Below are positions 12,021 through 24,318 of a stretch of 64,000 nucleotides of DNA, piece after piece. How positions within the stretch are numbered: the stretch's first letter is position 1; every line of letters begins with the position of its first letter. The stretch is from TPA_inf: Saccharomyces. Lineage: Eukaryota. The DNA lies in NCBI GenBank assembly GCA_000146045.2, contig BK006937.2, positions 96,001-160,000 of the forward strand. The letters run 5' to 3'. Made by a program: the position numbers and the translations under genes. The notes beneath the pieces were generated by a model. The model saw only the letters and a list, made by a program, of their open reading frames with translations, was not told where the DNA came from and did no database searches.

Positions 12021-12791
12021 ATGTTTGTGGTGGATTGGAGCGTGCAGCTATGCATGGGAGTGATTTCACCTCTCTTCCGTGCCCTCGTGCAACTGCCTTT
12101 ATCAATTTTCGTATGGAATGGGTTTCAGCTTGTGGCATTGCCTATCAACATCCCATTGAGGTTGTTCCTGGGGACGTCGCTGAGCCGTTTAGTTGCACAA
12201 ACAAGCACATTAGACTTCTATGTGGTTTTGACGTTGTTTCAATATTTTGCTGTGCTTTGTGCTTTTGGCAGCATCATAGGACTCATCTTTGGATTTATAT
12301 TGGGTGTGTTCCACTCAATCTGCGGGGTACCCAGTGTATACATAAGTCTAGAATGGAAACGGTGGTTTGCTCCGATACGTACGGTCCTTGAACGTGCTTC
12401 CACTAGTATTGTCAACATTATGCGAGGACAAACTATTGCGCCAATACCCATGCCTAAGCCCAATCCCACGCATATATCAAAGCCTAACATGAAAAAATTC
12501 CATGATGAGCCTGGAGCTGATGATATGACTATAACGCATGATGTGAACTGCTACATCACCCCTTGCCAAACGCCTACTAACGAAAAAATTCAGCATTATA
12601 ATAATGATTCATTCAACACGACCACCACAGACGATGAACCCACTGATATTTGGGATAGGTCTGACACTTACCAAAACTCATTCGTCACCAATGAAACTTT
12701 GATGTCTCTTTCTAATAGAGCTAAGCTTCGAAGAAATGCCAGTGATGCGGACATCGTTAATATAAAGATTTTACGAAGGAATTCTAGGTGA
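12021..12791 (+). CDS. LDB16: Lipid-droplet/ER membrane protein (seipin partner)
   Basis: The 256 aa length and the position between VMA9 and PGS1 match memory. The N-terminal half has hydrophobic transmembrane segments and the C-terminus is acidic and Ser/Thr-rich. Confidence 0.75.
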
Positions 12792-13104
12792 TATTGCAAT
12801 TACTTCTTCTCATGCACTAACAAGTGAATGATAGAAATATGTTGAGTTCCTAACTGCCTGATTTTAAATAAGTTTCATATTATAATCTTTTAGCATATAT
12901 ATATATATATTGATCCTCTCTCTTCTTTATTTTCTGCCAGTAACCCATGTGTGAAGAAGAAAACATAAATAAAAAAGCAGTAGCACATGGACACATTCAC
13001 GCCCGAACACTCCTAAAAAGCAGCCCACACAAGAAAGTAGATATAATGTAGGACACCCAGCTTGTCCATAATTGCTAATAGCATACTCAGGATAACATAT
13101 ATTA

Positions 13105-14670
13105 ATGACGACTCGTTTGCTCCAACTCACTCGTCCTCATTACAGATTATTATCCCTACCTCTCCAGAAACCCTTCAATATAAAAAGGCAGATGTCCGCT
13201 GCGAACCCTTCTCCATTTGGCAATTATTTGAACACGATCACTAAGTCCCTACAACAGAATTTACAAACATGCTTTCATTTCCAAGCAAAAGAAATCGATA
13301 TAATCGAATCTCCATCTCAGTTTTACGATCTCTTGAAGACAAAAATACTTAATTCACAAAATAGAATATTCATTGCGTCTCTGTATTTAGGCAAAAGCGA
13401 GACTGAGTTGGTGGACTGCATATCCCAGGCATTGACCAAGAACCCCAAGTTGAAAGTTTCTTTTCTACTTGATGGCCTTCGAGGAACAAGAGAATTGCCT
13501 TCCGCCTGTTCCGCCACTTTATTATCGTCTTTAGTAGCCAAATATGGGTCAGAGAGAGTGGATTGCCGATTGTACAAGACGCCTGCTTATCATGGTTGGA
13601 AAAAAGTCTTGGTTCCCAAGAGATTTAATGAAGGTTTAGGCTTACAACATATGAAAATATATGGGTTTGATAACGAGGTCATTCTTTCGGGAGCCAACCT
13701 TTCGAACGACTATTTCACCAACAGACAAGATAGATACTATCTCTTTAAATCTCGAAACTTCTCCAACTATTATTTTAAATTACATCAACTCATAAGTTCC
13801 TTCAGTTATCAGATTATAAAGCCAATGGTGGATGGTAGCATCAACATCATTTGGCCAGATTCGAATCCTACTGTTGAACCGACGAAAAATAAAAGGCTGT
13901 TTTTAAGGGAAGCATCTCAATTACTAGATGGCTTTTTAAAGAGTTCTAAACAAAGCCTCCCGATTACTGCCGTGGGTCAATTCTCCACATTAGTTTACCC
14001 AATTTCTCAATTCACTCCACTTTTTCCCAAATATAATGACAAATCGACCGAAAAAAGAACAATATTGTCATTGCTTTCCACTATAACAAGCAATGCCATT
14101 TCTTGGACGTTCACTGCAGGATACTTCAATATTTTGCCAGACATCAAAGCAAAACTGCTGGCAACGCCGGTTGCTGAGGCAAATGTAATAACAGCTTCCC
14201 CCTTTGCAAACGGCTTTTACCAATCAAAGGGCGTCTCATCAAATTTACCTGGTGCTTACTTGTACCTGTCAAAAAAATTTCTACAAGATGTATGTAGGTA
14301 CAGACAAGATCATGCTATTACATTAAGAGAATGGCAAAGAGGCGTAGTAAATAAGCCGAATGGTTGGTCATATCACGCAAAAGGTATTTGGCTTTCCGCT
14401 CGTGATAAAAATGATGCTAACAATTGGAAACCCTTTATCACGGTTATAGGATCTTCAAACTATACGAGAAGGGCGTATTCATTAGATTTGGAATCGAATG
14501 CTCTCATTATTACAAGAGATGAAGAGCTAAGAAAAAAAATGAAAGCAGAGTTAGATAATTTATTACAATATACAAAACCTGTAACTCTAGAAGACTTTCA
14601 ATCAGACCCAGAAAGACATGTTGGCACTGGTGTAAAGATAGCTACCTCCATTTTGGGTAAAAAACTTTAG
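13105..14670 (+). CDS. PGS1: Phosphatidylglycerolphosphate synthase of the phospholipase-D superfamily, mitochondrial
   Basis: The 521 aa length matches memory. Two HxK(x)4D PLD motifs are visible (HMKIYGFD...GANLSNDY and HAKGIWLS...GSSNYTRR). An N-terminal presequence-like region is present. Confidence 0.9.
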   Translation: MTTRLLQLTRPHYRLLSLPLQKPFNIKRQMSAANPSPFGNYLNTITKSLQQNLQTCFHFQAKEIDIIESPSQFYDLLKTKILNSQNRIFIASLYLGKSETELVDCISQALTKNPKLKVSFLLDGLRGTRELPSACSATLLSSLVAKYGSERVDCRLYKTPAYHGWKKVLVPKRFNEGLGLQHMKIYGFDNEVILSGANLSNDYFTNRQDRYYLFKSRNFSNYYFKLHQLISSFSYQIIKPMVDGSINIIWPDSNPTVEPTKNKRLFLREASQLLDGFLKSSKQSLPITAVGQFSTLVYPISQFTPLFPKYNDKSTEKRTILSLLSTITSNAISWTFTAGYFNILPDIKAKLLATPVAEANVITASPFANGFYQSKGVSSNLPGAYLYLSKKFLQDVCRYRQDHAITLREWQRGVVNKPNGWSYHAKGIWLSARDKNDANNWKPFITVIGSSNYTRRAYSLDLESNALIITRDEELRKKMKAELDNLLQYTKPVTLEDFQSDPERHVGTGVKIATSILGKKL

Positions 14671-14807
14671 ATTCTATTCTATCATAGTATGTCGCCTGTA
14701 AATATGGAAAAATAAAAGAAAAAATAGTAATAATAAATGCATTATCTAAAACTCCTTAAATTTGCAAACATCGCAAAGCCATTAAGGTAGAGAATGAGCT
14801 GACCTTG

Positions 14808-15675
14808 TTATAGTTTTCCTTTTGGCAACCGTGGTTTCCGTCCTACGTAAACATACTGAACTTGACAAAGTATGACCAATAAGGTGACAAATTGTATCAA
14901 TTTTACCCAAAAGGGCGTTGAATTAAATGGTATCTCGTAAAACAATGCATTGGTCGGTATTACCAGTCTACCTAATAAATCGATAGATTCAGCCAAAAAT
15001 GATATCAATGCAAACTTTGATGATAAACCTACTGTTGAGCATCCCATCCAGTTTATACTCATTTGAGGCACATACTTGAAACATTTAAGCAGATTTGCCA
15101 TTACCCACAAATAATTTATGTGTTCCAAATAGAAAACGCCAAATTTACCTGAATTTTTCAACGGTAAATTAGAGATGGAACAGCCATATGTAAATATGCC
15201 TAATACAAGGAACACACTTATAATTATTATGGAAGTAATGGAAATGCCCTGATAAATATGTTTAGTTGACCTATAATAGTATAACTGCCTTAAAACCATC
15301 ATGCAGCAACAGGAAACGCAAAAATCTTTTAGAATGAGGAAACTGGATATAGGTATACTACGGGCATCATTCAACGGATAAAAAAGTGGGAATCTTTGAG
15401 ACAGTTGTTCCCTCACCAGAGATGAATAACAATAATGCAACGCGCAATACAAGTACAGACCATTACCAACAAAATCTAGCAGAAATAAATCATATGAAAG
15501 CCCGTAAATAGATCGATGAAGTTTATTATAGCGCTTTTGACATAGAATGGCGATGATCTATGTAAGAAATGGAAGTTTTCTCCCTTAGTTAGTCAAACCT
15601 TTCATGTATACTTTCTCCTTCAATTATGCATACTGATAAAAAACCTGCCAAGCCCTGCAGAACAATAACAAGCAT
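14808..15675 (-). CDS. YCL002C: Spliced ORF for a multi-pass membrane protein of unknown function; exon 1 is 15634..15675 and exon 2 is 14808..15557
   Basis: On the minus strand ATGCTTGTTATTGTTCTGCAGGGCTTGGCAGGTTTTTTATCA is followed by GTATGC (rc at 15628..15633), a GACTAAC branchpoint-like element (around 15583) and an AG at 15558..15559. Exon 2 continues in frame (IIAILCQKRYNKL...) into the 214-aa track ORF. The spliced length is 263 aa and the protein is hydrophobic. Confidence 0.7.
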
Positions 15676-15915
15676 GTGAATGATTCAATATAATTGCTTC
15701 GCAGGGCTCCTCAACCTCTCCTCTGGAAAACCTTACCTCAATGAGGTTAAAAATTGTGGGTTTTTCGTTCGCAGAGGAAAAAAAAACTTGTCAAAACACG
15801 CCTCTGCAGTAGAACACGAATTATACATAAGAAAAATAACGATACAAGAAAGGCGATTTCGATTTGGGACTAAGTGTTACACGAAAGGCATAGAGTATCA
15901 AAAAAAGGAAGCAAG

Positions 15916-16482
15916 ATGGATTACGATAGCTCTGATACAATGAACGGTGGTTCAAGTAACCCCTTAATCACTAAGATGAATACAATGAAATTATTATATC
16001 AACACTATTTGGATAAAGTCACTCCTCACGCTAAGGAGAGGTGGGCTGTATTGGGTGGTTTGTTATGTTTGTTTATGGTTCGTATTACAATGGCCGAAGG
16101 CTGGTATGTGATTTGTTATGGTCTAGGTCTATTTTTATTGAATCAATTTTTAGCCTTTTTGACCCCAAAATTCGATATGTCCTTACAGCAAGATGAAGAA
16201 AACAACGAATTGGAAGCTGGAGAAAAATCAGAAGAATTCCGTCCATTCATCAGAAGATTACCAGAGTTCAAATTCTGGTATAACAGCATTAGAGCCACTG
16301 TCATTTCCCTCTTGTTGTCGCTATTTTCAATCTTCGATATTCCAGTATTTTGGCCCATCTTATTGATGTATTTCATATTATTGTTTTTTTTAACTATGAG
16401 AAGGCAGATTCAACATATGATAAAATATAGATATATACCCTTAGATATCGGTAAGAAGAAATATTCTCATTCTTCTAACTGA
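15916..16482 (+). CDS. RER1: Golgi-to-ER retrieval receptor Rer1, a four-TM membrane protein
   Basis: Starting at the internal Met of MDYDSSDTMNGGSSNPLITKMNTMKLLYQHYLDK gives the 188 aa I remember. Four hydrophobic segments are visible. The track ORF begins 14 codons upstream. Confidence 0.85.
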   Translation: MDYDSSDTMNGGSSNPLITKMNTMKLLYQHYLDKVTPHAKERWAVLGGLLCLFMVRITMAEGWYVICYGLGLFLLNQFLAFLTPKFDMSLQQDEENNELEAGEKSEEFRPFIRRLPEFKFWYNSIRATVISLLLSLFSIFDIPVFWPILLMYFILLFFLTMRRQIQHMIKYRYIPLDIGKKKYSHSSN

Positions 16483-17079
16483 TATACCCTGACTCCACAT
16501 ACCTATTCAACGAACACATTCGTATCTTAATTATATGTAAACAAAATTATATGATAGTTACAGAATAATTGTGATTATTTTCTCCTTCTACTCATCTTCT
16601 CTTATATTGGAAGAATACATGAAGTTATTGATTAAGCAAAATTGAAGGGAAGAGGCTCATTTTCTTCCATTTATAAATGGAGAGCTTGAGATGCCTCCAA
16701 TTGATAAATTTTTGTAAAGACTTTCAAGAAACATGTCTAAAAAGAATTGACAGCTTCGAACCTTTCTGCATAATTACTAATACCAAATTAGTGAGAAATG
16801 GGGTATGTCGAGGAATAAAGGATGCAAAAGAGAGAGTAATGTCATGCAAGTTGTGAGTTTGAAATGTTCACACGTTTATAATGTCCATACTCCGTGGCGT
16901 GCATGTGTTTTAGTGTATTAGTTTTCCAAGTTATTAAAGAACTTAGTAAATTTATCATCGAACGCATTTTGATTAAGTGGCACAATAGACTTCAATGGAA
17001 AATGAAAATCATATCTGTAGCAAAAACGACAGCGAAGATAACGGTTACACAATTATCACGTTGATTCGTCAACTTAAAG

Positions 17080-17541
17080 ATGACCTTTTTACAATTTATC
17101 AATAATAATAGACAAGAAGGACAAGGTTATATTTCAGAAAAATTATTCAAAACTAAGAAGAATGAGATGATAAGAAAAACAGTTACCAATTTAGTAGCTG
17201 TAAGATTAAAAAACTTATCCCACGAATTTGATGTAATAGAGAATTATCTGCGCTATATAGCTAGCACCAGTGAACATCTATTTACTGCTATTAAGCGCCA
17301 CTTTAACAAATGTGCCAGAAAACTTTTGAAAGAAGCAATCGACTCCAAATCAAACTCAGAAACTGCTACGGTGGTTCTGCAAGAAGGATTTTCTGGCATT
17401 TGCTTATTGAAAGCGTCTTCAATTATATTAAAACTAAAATTGAAGTTTCCAAAAAAGAAAGATAGAACTGATATTAGCAAATTGTGTGACAAGAAAGAAC
17501 GGATGACACAGTGGTTAGAAATTTCAATTTTGATGAACTGA
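17080..17541 (+). pseudogene. YCL001W-A: Dom34/Pelota-like fragment (N-terminal and central part), likely one half of a disrupted DOM34 paralog
   Basis: The 153-aa ORF resembles Pelota family proteins ([13 protein letters not shown], a KKK basic patch). It ends 186 bp before the next Pelota-like ORF, which lies in a different frame. Confidence 0.5.
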
Positions 17542-17769
17542 GAATAATAATATTATGCTCCCCTGGATTTTATGCGAAGACACTGCTGAAAAAATTTCTG
17601 ATATATGCAGAGAAGGAGCAAATAAGCCAGTTTTAAGGAACCGAGATAAGCTGTTTTCGCCCATTGTTCTAGTTCTACAAAATATCTACAGGGAATCGAT
17701 GAGGTTGTAAGAAATCCTGAATACTCTATGATAGTGCATAACACTAAAAAGTTGAAAGAATCCCGTATC

Positions 17770-18024
17770 ATGGACGATTTCCTTGAACATTTGAGCAAAG
17801 ACGATAACAAAGCATGGTATGGCGCGGAAGAAACCGAGAGAGCTGCAAAATTAGATGCAATAGAAACACTACTTATTACAGATAGTGTACTAAAAAGGAA
17901 CGACGTGAAAAAACGTGAAAAATACCTAGACCTAATAGAGAATAGTGGAAACAACAATGGCAAAATATTCGTACTCAGTACTTCAAAAATCACAGTGAGC
18001 AACTTGACAAACCAACAGATATAG
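17770..18024 (+). pseudogene. YCL001W-B: Dom34/Pelota C-terminal (eRF1 domain 3-like) fragment
   Basis: The 84-aa ORF from MDDFLEHLSKDDNKAWYGAEETERAAKLDAIETLLITDSVLK... resembles the C-terminal domain of Pelota/Dom34. It lies immediately downstream of YCL001W-A on the same strand. Confidence 0.5.
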
Positions 18025-18384
18025 GCTGTGTCTTAAAATATACCATCCAATACCTTGATGAACTTTTCAAAGATGACTAAAATAAGTGAAATTTCAACAT
18101 TAACTTCGAATTTTTTTCTTTTTATCTAACACTTGTCAAACAGAATATAAGGATTACTTGTCTTCTTTGCTACATATTGCTACCACTTCTATTACACAAT
18201 AGTTTCAATAGCTTGCAGCGTAGCTAAACTCTAAAATTTATCTAAATCACTCATATAAACCGAACCCTTCCCCTTCCGCTTATAGTACAGTACCTATACA
18301 TTTCATAAACATGGCATGGCGATCAGCGCCAAACAATATGGAAAATCCACAGAAAGCTATTCATTGAAAAAATAGTACAAATAA

Positions 18385-18501
18385 GTCACATGATGATATT
18401 TGATTTTATTATATTTTTAAAAAAAGTAAAAAATAAAAAGTAGTTTATTTTTAAAAAATAAAATTTAAAATATTAGTGTATTTGATTTCCGAAAGTTAAA
18501 A
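18385..18501. other. CEN3: Point centromere CEN3: CDEI GTCACATG at 18385..18392, CDEII 18393..18476 (84 bp, above 90% A+T), CDEIII TGTATTTGATTTCCGAAAGTTAAAA at 18477..18501
   Basis: The sequence has an exact CDEI consensus RTCACRTG, an 84-bp AT-rich spacer of the canonical length, and a CDEIII with the invariant central CCG (18489..18491) flanked by TGT...TTCCGAAA...AAAA. Together these match the CEN3 sequence. Confidence 0.95.
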
Positions 18502-21379
18502 AAGAAATAGTAAGAAATATATATTTCATTGAATGGATATATGAAACGTTTACTGGTGGAAGTTTTGCTCATATATTATTATTCAATAGAAGTAATAAAG
18601 AAAAAGTTGGTAAAGCAACTTAACAGTAAAAAGGTAATGATTGAAAAAGTTTTTGAACATCTAAGCTATATGTTGATGGGTTTACAATTTTACCATTAGT
18701 ACTCATGCCTATACTTTTCTGTTCGTCCTTAATGTCCGCGATTTAGAGCAATCATTGAAAGTACTAGATACATTTTAGCCAGAGAGGACTCGTTGACGTA
18801 GAATTAAAATTCAAATGAATTTCCGCCCCATTCATATACCCCAAATAACAAACATATTAAAACTTCATAATTATTCAAAATGTGGAGTAGTATAGAAGAG
18901 CAGTACCTTCAAAATTGATTTCTTCAGTTTCCCACCCGGGATCCACTTGTCATGCGGTGAGAATCGTATATTGCGTATAATCCGTGTTTCATCACCCACA
19001 TTATAGTACAAACCTACTGGTGTAACCATTATCATATTCATGACTTGTAGTTAAAAATCTTTCACGATAAATTGAGGAAAAAATCACGTTAAATAGTTTC
19101 ATATCATTCTTTAGTTAAAGTCTGTGCATAAAAAGAGGATCGGGTGTTGTACTCGTTCTATCAAAATATTGTTATTGTTGCATTATCACACGAATTACAA
19201 TCAATTTTTTTATCTACAGGCCAGAGTACCTGAAATAATGGAATTAGATTCAAAAAGGATAGCTTAATCGGTCTTTATACTAATTATTTTACGCCCAGAA
19301 CGAAACATAACGTGCATTAAATCTCACTGTCACAACATTGTATATAATGGTAGCATCGTACTAACTATTGGCATTCATTCAATATTATACAATTATCTTA
19401 TTAATACTTTCTCAAGTAGTCTTGAAGACCAGCATGTAGGAAGGTGATGATATGCTCCGTAAATAATTGGAAATATTGAGATATAATAACGATGACAATA
19501 CTAACAAAAGTAATAGGTGAGCTCCGCCAATTGATTGTTTTGTTTTGAATATATATTGATGCTTAACAATTTAGTCGTCAAATAGCACCTGCAAAACCTA
19601 CCTCTTACAGGCTTTTTTTCAATTTACTCCCCATGTGGGAGTTCTACGTAAACCACTTAGAATGCAGTTTCTCTTCTAAATAACATGTTATATCTTCTGA
19701 AGAAATTGAAACATATTGATTCTTATGGTGAGAGCAATTTATCAATGTTTTATCTTAAGTTCTACTGCCCTTGGAAATTATGTCCTTTGCTTCCCATTTT
19801 ATATGGAAGAAACAAATCAGTACAAAATGCTTGGTCATGTCATAAGCTTCATCGATTTATTGACTTCCCAACTCCTTCGGCTAATATGAATTTTTTTTTC
19901 TTTATAAGAGTTTGCTATGGAACTGTCTCGCTGTTTATTTCAACGTTTCTAAAGAAAATATCCTTTTTTATTTATGTGAACTTCACTGTATACTTTTAGT
20001 ACCTTTCGGTGGATTTCTTCTATTTTACTCGATCACTTTTCTTGACTGTGCACTGTCGGTACAATCCTTATTGTATTAACTTGCGAAGAATATTTAGTCG
20101 TTCAGTAGGGTTCTTTTGGAAGAAATGCTAGCTTAACATGAGTGTGATCTCTTCTAGAATTAACTCTTTTGTTTATCCATGTAATCTGTTACCAACACAT
20201 AAAATGCATTGATAGACCAAATATCAAAAGCGTGCAGGCATCTCTTATCTAACAGTAAGCAAAATTTTGCCTGCGCTTTACTTCAATTTTCCATTCTTTT
20301 TCTGAGTCTTCGTCAGTGCATATTTTTTTACTGACAGCACCATTAATCAATCAGCTCACCTGCGCATTTCCAATAATCGTGCTCATGAAGATCATAAAGA
20401 AACGTCCAAACATGAAAGTGCTCCTTTAGAATTTCTAAATCCAAACGATATATGTACCCCTCGTTGATTTGTCCTAAAATGAGTATAGCTTGATTTTCGT
20501 TATATATTTTTTCATAGTATTCAGAAGAGGAGAGAGGATGTGATTTATCAATATCTGCATTAAGTAATGAACTTTGCCCTCTACTGAGGATATTCCCACT
20601 AGAAAACTATAAAAAATGGGAGAAAGTCAATCGCTGTTCAGGATTCAACATAGTTGTTGACAACGTATGATAAGAAGGCCAGTCCAGTCCTCCTAAGTTA
20701 GGTTAAGGGAGGTAGGGAAAAACTGAAGTGTAATGATAATCGAGGATGAAAGTGTGCGGCCAGAAAAATCTTTTCTTTTTATATTAATCTGTAATAAATA
20801 CAAGACCTATATATTAAAGTAAAACAACATTGAATCAGATCGCATACTGGTGTAGACGTGAAGTAGACATATGATAATCGAGCAGGGTGCTCAATTTGGT
20901 GTGGGACACGTTTGGGAAGGTTAAAAGAAGAGGTATATCCGGATTACATTTATTTTTGGCGTATTTTAATAATTTACTAAAAGCGCGAATAGCTTCCCAT
21001 TAGCAACGCTCAGGGACTCTTTCTAATGTTTATAGTAATACTTTAATAAGATGAGTACCAATTGCTTCTCTATGAGGCACAATCCCTAACCAAACTTTTA
21101 TTTAGAATTACCGGTAAACTCCGTTTTCTTCATAGATTAAATATTTGGCTAAGACAACAAAATGTTCTTTCATTTTACCAAACGAGAAGGTGATAGCTGT
21201 ACGCCAGAAAAGAAGGTAAAAACTCTCGCCAATCCAGCAATACCTGTACCTCTAGTTTTCGATCGCATTATGTCATTATGTAAAACCAAGGAGAGAAGCA
21301 AGTTACGGTGTTTTCATATAGAATAATTTGAGAATTCTTAATAACATAAGATATATAATCACCACCATTCTTATGAGAT

Positions 21380-22348
21380 TCAACGTTGAATGGCGTTGCT
21401 AGACATATGAGCTGAGGAACGACTATTCGCATTTTCTTTCAAGGCAATTAATTGTCTTGCTCTGAACCCTTCATAATGAATGTAGGAAGTTGTTTCGATT
21501 AAGTCTTGGAGATGAGTTCGAATCAAAAATTCCCTTAAATATACAAAATCACACTGGTTGATATCCTCAACATTAATAGCGCTCCAACGAGTTTTTCTTC
21601 CCCTGAAGGTTTCACCGTTTATTTCAATCTCATTCTCAGAACCAACCACTGCAAACGGAATGATAGATCTAACACTTCTGTTTAGTTCTAATTCCTCGTC
21701 AGTTAGTTCTTCCGAATCATAAGGATAAATCTTGAAATTGTATTTTTCGAATTCATTTTGAATAAGCTCCCTAAACTCCGTTCTTTCATCTAAAGTCAAT
21801 GTATCCGACTTGCCAATAACTGGTATAACATTTGCTATTTCTGTCAATCTTTTCAAGGCTTCAACGTCAAGGCGGCTCAACTCCTTTCCATTTGGTTGCA
21901 GGAAATAAAGAATTGCATGAACTCTTGTATCAGTAATAAACCTTTCACGTTGGGCTGTCAATTCTTTACGTAAGTATTGAGAATGTTGTTCCTTAATGTA
22001 CTTCACAATAGGCTCCCAAGCTTTAGAATTGTCAATAAAGTCACCAAATCCAGGTGTATCTATAACATTAATATTCAAGCGAACGCGGTCCTCCACAAGA
22101 GTATGAGTAGAAATTTTCATTTCAGTTGTTTTTGTAACAGGCAGGGCAGAAATATCATCACCAGTAGCAGAATCAATCAAATGTGAGGCAAATAACGTAT
22201 TTATTAGAGTACTTTTACCCAATCCGGATTGGCCAACAACCATTATATTAAATTGAAAACCTTTCTTCAACAGACGATGTTCGATCTGATTCGTGATGGT
22301 ATCAAAACCAACATAAGAAGCAGGCTGTACTGAGCTGAGAGGATCCAT
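21380..22348 (-). CDS. CDC10: Septin with a GTP-binding domain
   Basis: The 322 aa length matches memory. The P-loop GQSGLGKST, the G3 motif DTPGFGD and the G4 motif GKSD are visible. The position is immediately right of CEN3. Confidence 0.9.
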   Translation of the reverse strand: MDPLSSVQPASYVGFDTITNQIEHRLLKKGFQFNIMVVGQSGLGKSTLINTLFASHLIDSATGDDISALPVTKTTEMKISTHTLVEDRVRLNINVIDTPGFGDFIDNSKAWEPIVKYIKEQHSQYLRKELTAQRERFITDTRVHAILYFLQPNGKELSRLDVEALKRLTEIANVIPVIGKSDTLTLDERTEFRELIQNEFEKYNFKIYPYDSEELTDEELELNRSVRSIIPFAVVGSENEIEINGETFRGRKTRWSAINVEDINQCDFVYLREFLIRTHLQDLIETTSYIHYEGFRARQLIALKENANSRSSAHMSSNAIQR

Positions 22349-22571
22349 TAATATATTTATAGAGTGCTTGTAGTAACCGTGGGGCTTGGCCTTGTATTTT
22401 CTTGTCTTTGCCTGAAAAAAGTTAAGTATTACTGATACATGTTTACATATATTCTATTCAGCGATTCTGATCTATTTGTGGTCTCTCGAGGAAATCTCAT
22501 CGTATCATACGATTATTTCCGCAAGCATTCAGAAAGCAAATCTTAATATAAGGCACAATGTTCCCAAATAA

Positions 22572-23171
<600 letters not shown>

Positions 23172-23574
23172 GCTCATCTTTCATCTAGTGGTTTCCTTTT
23201 TAAATAAACTTAAGCCTGTATATAGAAACTTAATTTCAAACTGTATATTTATTGTTTAAGACAGCATCAATGGTAGAATACAAGGAGCGGAAACAGAAAG
23301 AAAAGTCGAAATAGAATTTTTCGCTTTTGGCTTAACAAAATGAGGTCTTTGAAATCAAGAGTTTTGCTTGACAAAAAACAACTATATTTCAAAATATTAG
23401 GAAATGATATTATTAGTACAAGGACTTACAGAAATATACTTTTAATATAAAAAGGAAAAAATAAAATAAAAAGAGTTAATTCTTTATTAATTTTCCAACG
23501 TCCTACATTGATATATCTGCTGAGATAGAATTAATGTTAGTAAGAACTAAATATTAGACGCGAACTGTTGTTTC

Positions 23575-24318
23575 TTACATGACAGTACAGCAGGATAATA
23601 ATCCTTTGTCCTCCTTCTTTTCTGCAGTTGTAGCTGCTGCAGGTTTAGTTTGTCTCTTAGCCGCATCAGAAGTAGTGGTCTTCTTTTCAGTGGAGGGCTT
23701 GGCTTCTTTTGCAGGGAAAAGTTTTTTGGCGGTTTCGTAGAATGTTTTACCTTGAATTTCAGCAATTCTCAATTCAAGTGGAGACGCAGTTCTTGAGCCG
23801 TCAGGTCCTGCAAGGGTACCAGCACCCCATGGAGAGCCACCGTGTACCTCTTCTATACTGGCTAACTCAGCAAATGAATTCTTATAACCCAGTGGTAAAA
23901 AGATAATTCCGTGATGAGCTAAATAAGACAAACAGGCTTTAACGGTACTTTCTTGACCACCTCCGTAACTGGAAGTACTAACGAATATCCCCGCAGCTTT
24001 GCCGTTCAAAGAGCCCTTGGCCCATAATCCACCGGTTTTATCCCAAAAGGCGGACCATTGAGCCGGCAAATTACCAAACCTAGTTGGAACACCGAACAAA
24101 AAGGCGTCATATTCGAGCAACGTTTTCTCAGTGGCAACAGGAATATCTTCAGGTTTCTGAGGAGCGTTCATCTTGGTGAGGACTTCATCAGGTAAAGTTT
24201 CCTCGACCCTGTATATATCAGCTTTACCACCAGCTGCCTCCACACCTTTCTTAACAGCTTGGGCTAAAACGTCTATGTGCCCGTAGGTAGAGTAAGTAAT
24301 TATCGCAATCTTTACCAT
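23575..24318 (-). CDS. YCP4: Flavodoxin-like fold protein (NAD(P)H:quinone oxidoreductase WrbA-like)
   Basis: The 247 aa length matches memory. The N-terminal [15 protein letters not shown] is a flavodoxin signature. The C-terminus ends in a CCTVM lipidation-like motif. Confidence 0.85.

Noticed and set aside
12035-12391. 118-aa + strand ORF in a second frame inside LDB16
   Set aside because: It is an overlapping alternative frame of an identified gene, with a Cys/His-rich random-looking peptide.
18300-18700. Attempt to pinpoint the ARS consensus sequence (WTTTAYRTTTW) of the centromere-proximal origin
   Set aside because: I could not find an exact 11/11 match by eye on either strand near CEN3. 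Only partial matches in the A/T-rich CDEII and flanks were found, so no ARS feature is reported.
19685-19999. 104-aa ORF right of CEN3 (dubious YCR001W)
   Set aside because: It sits in an AT-rich pericentric stretch and its peptide is hydrophobic low-complexity (FFFIRVCYGTVSLFISTFLKKISFFIY). It is not supported by composition or context.
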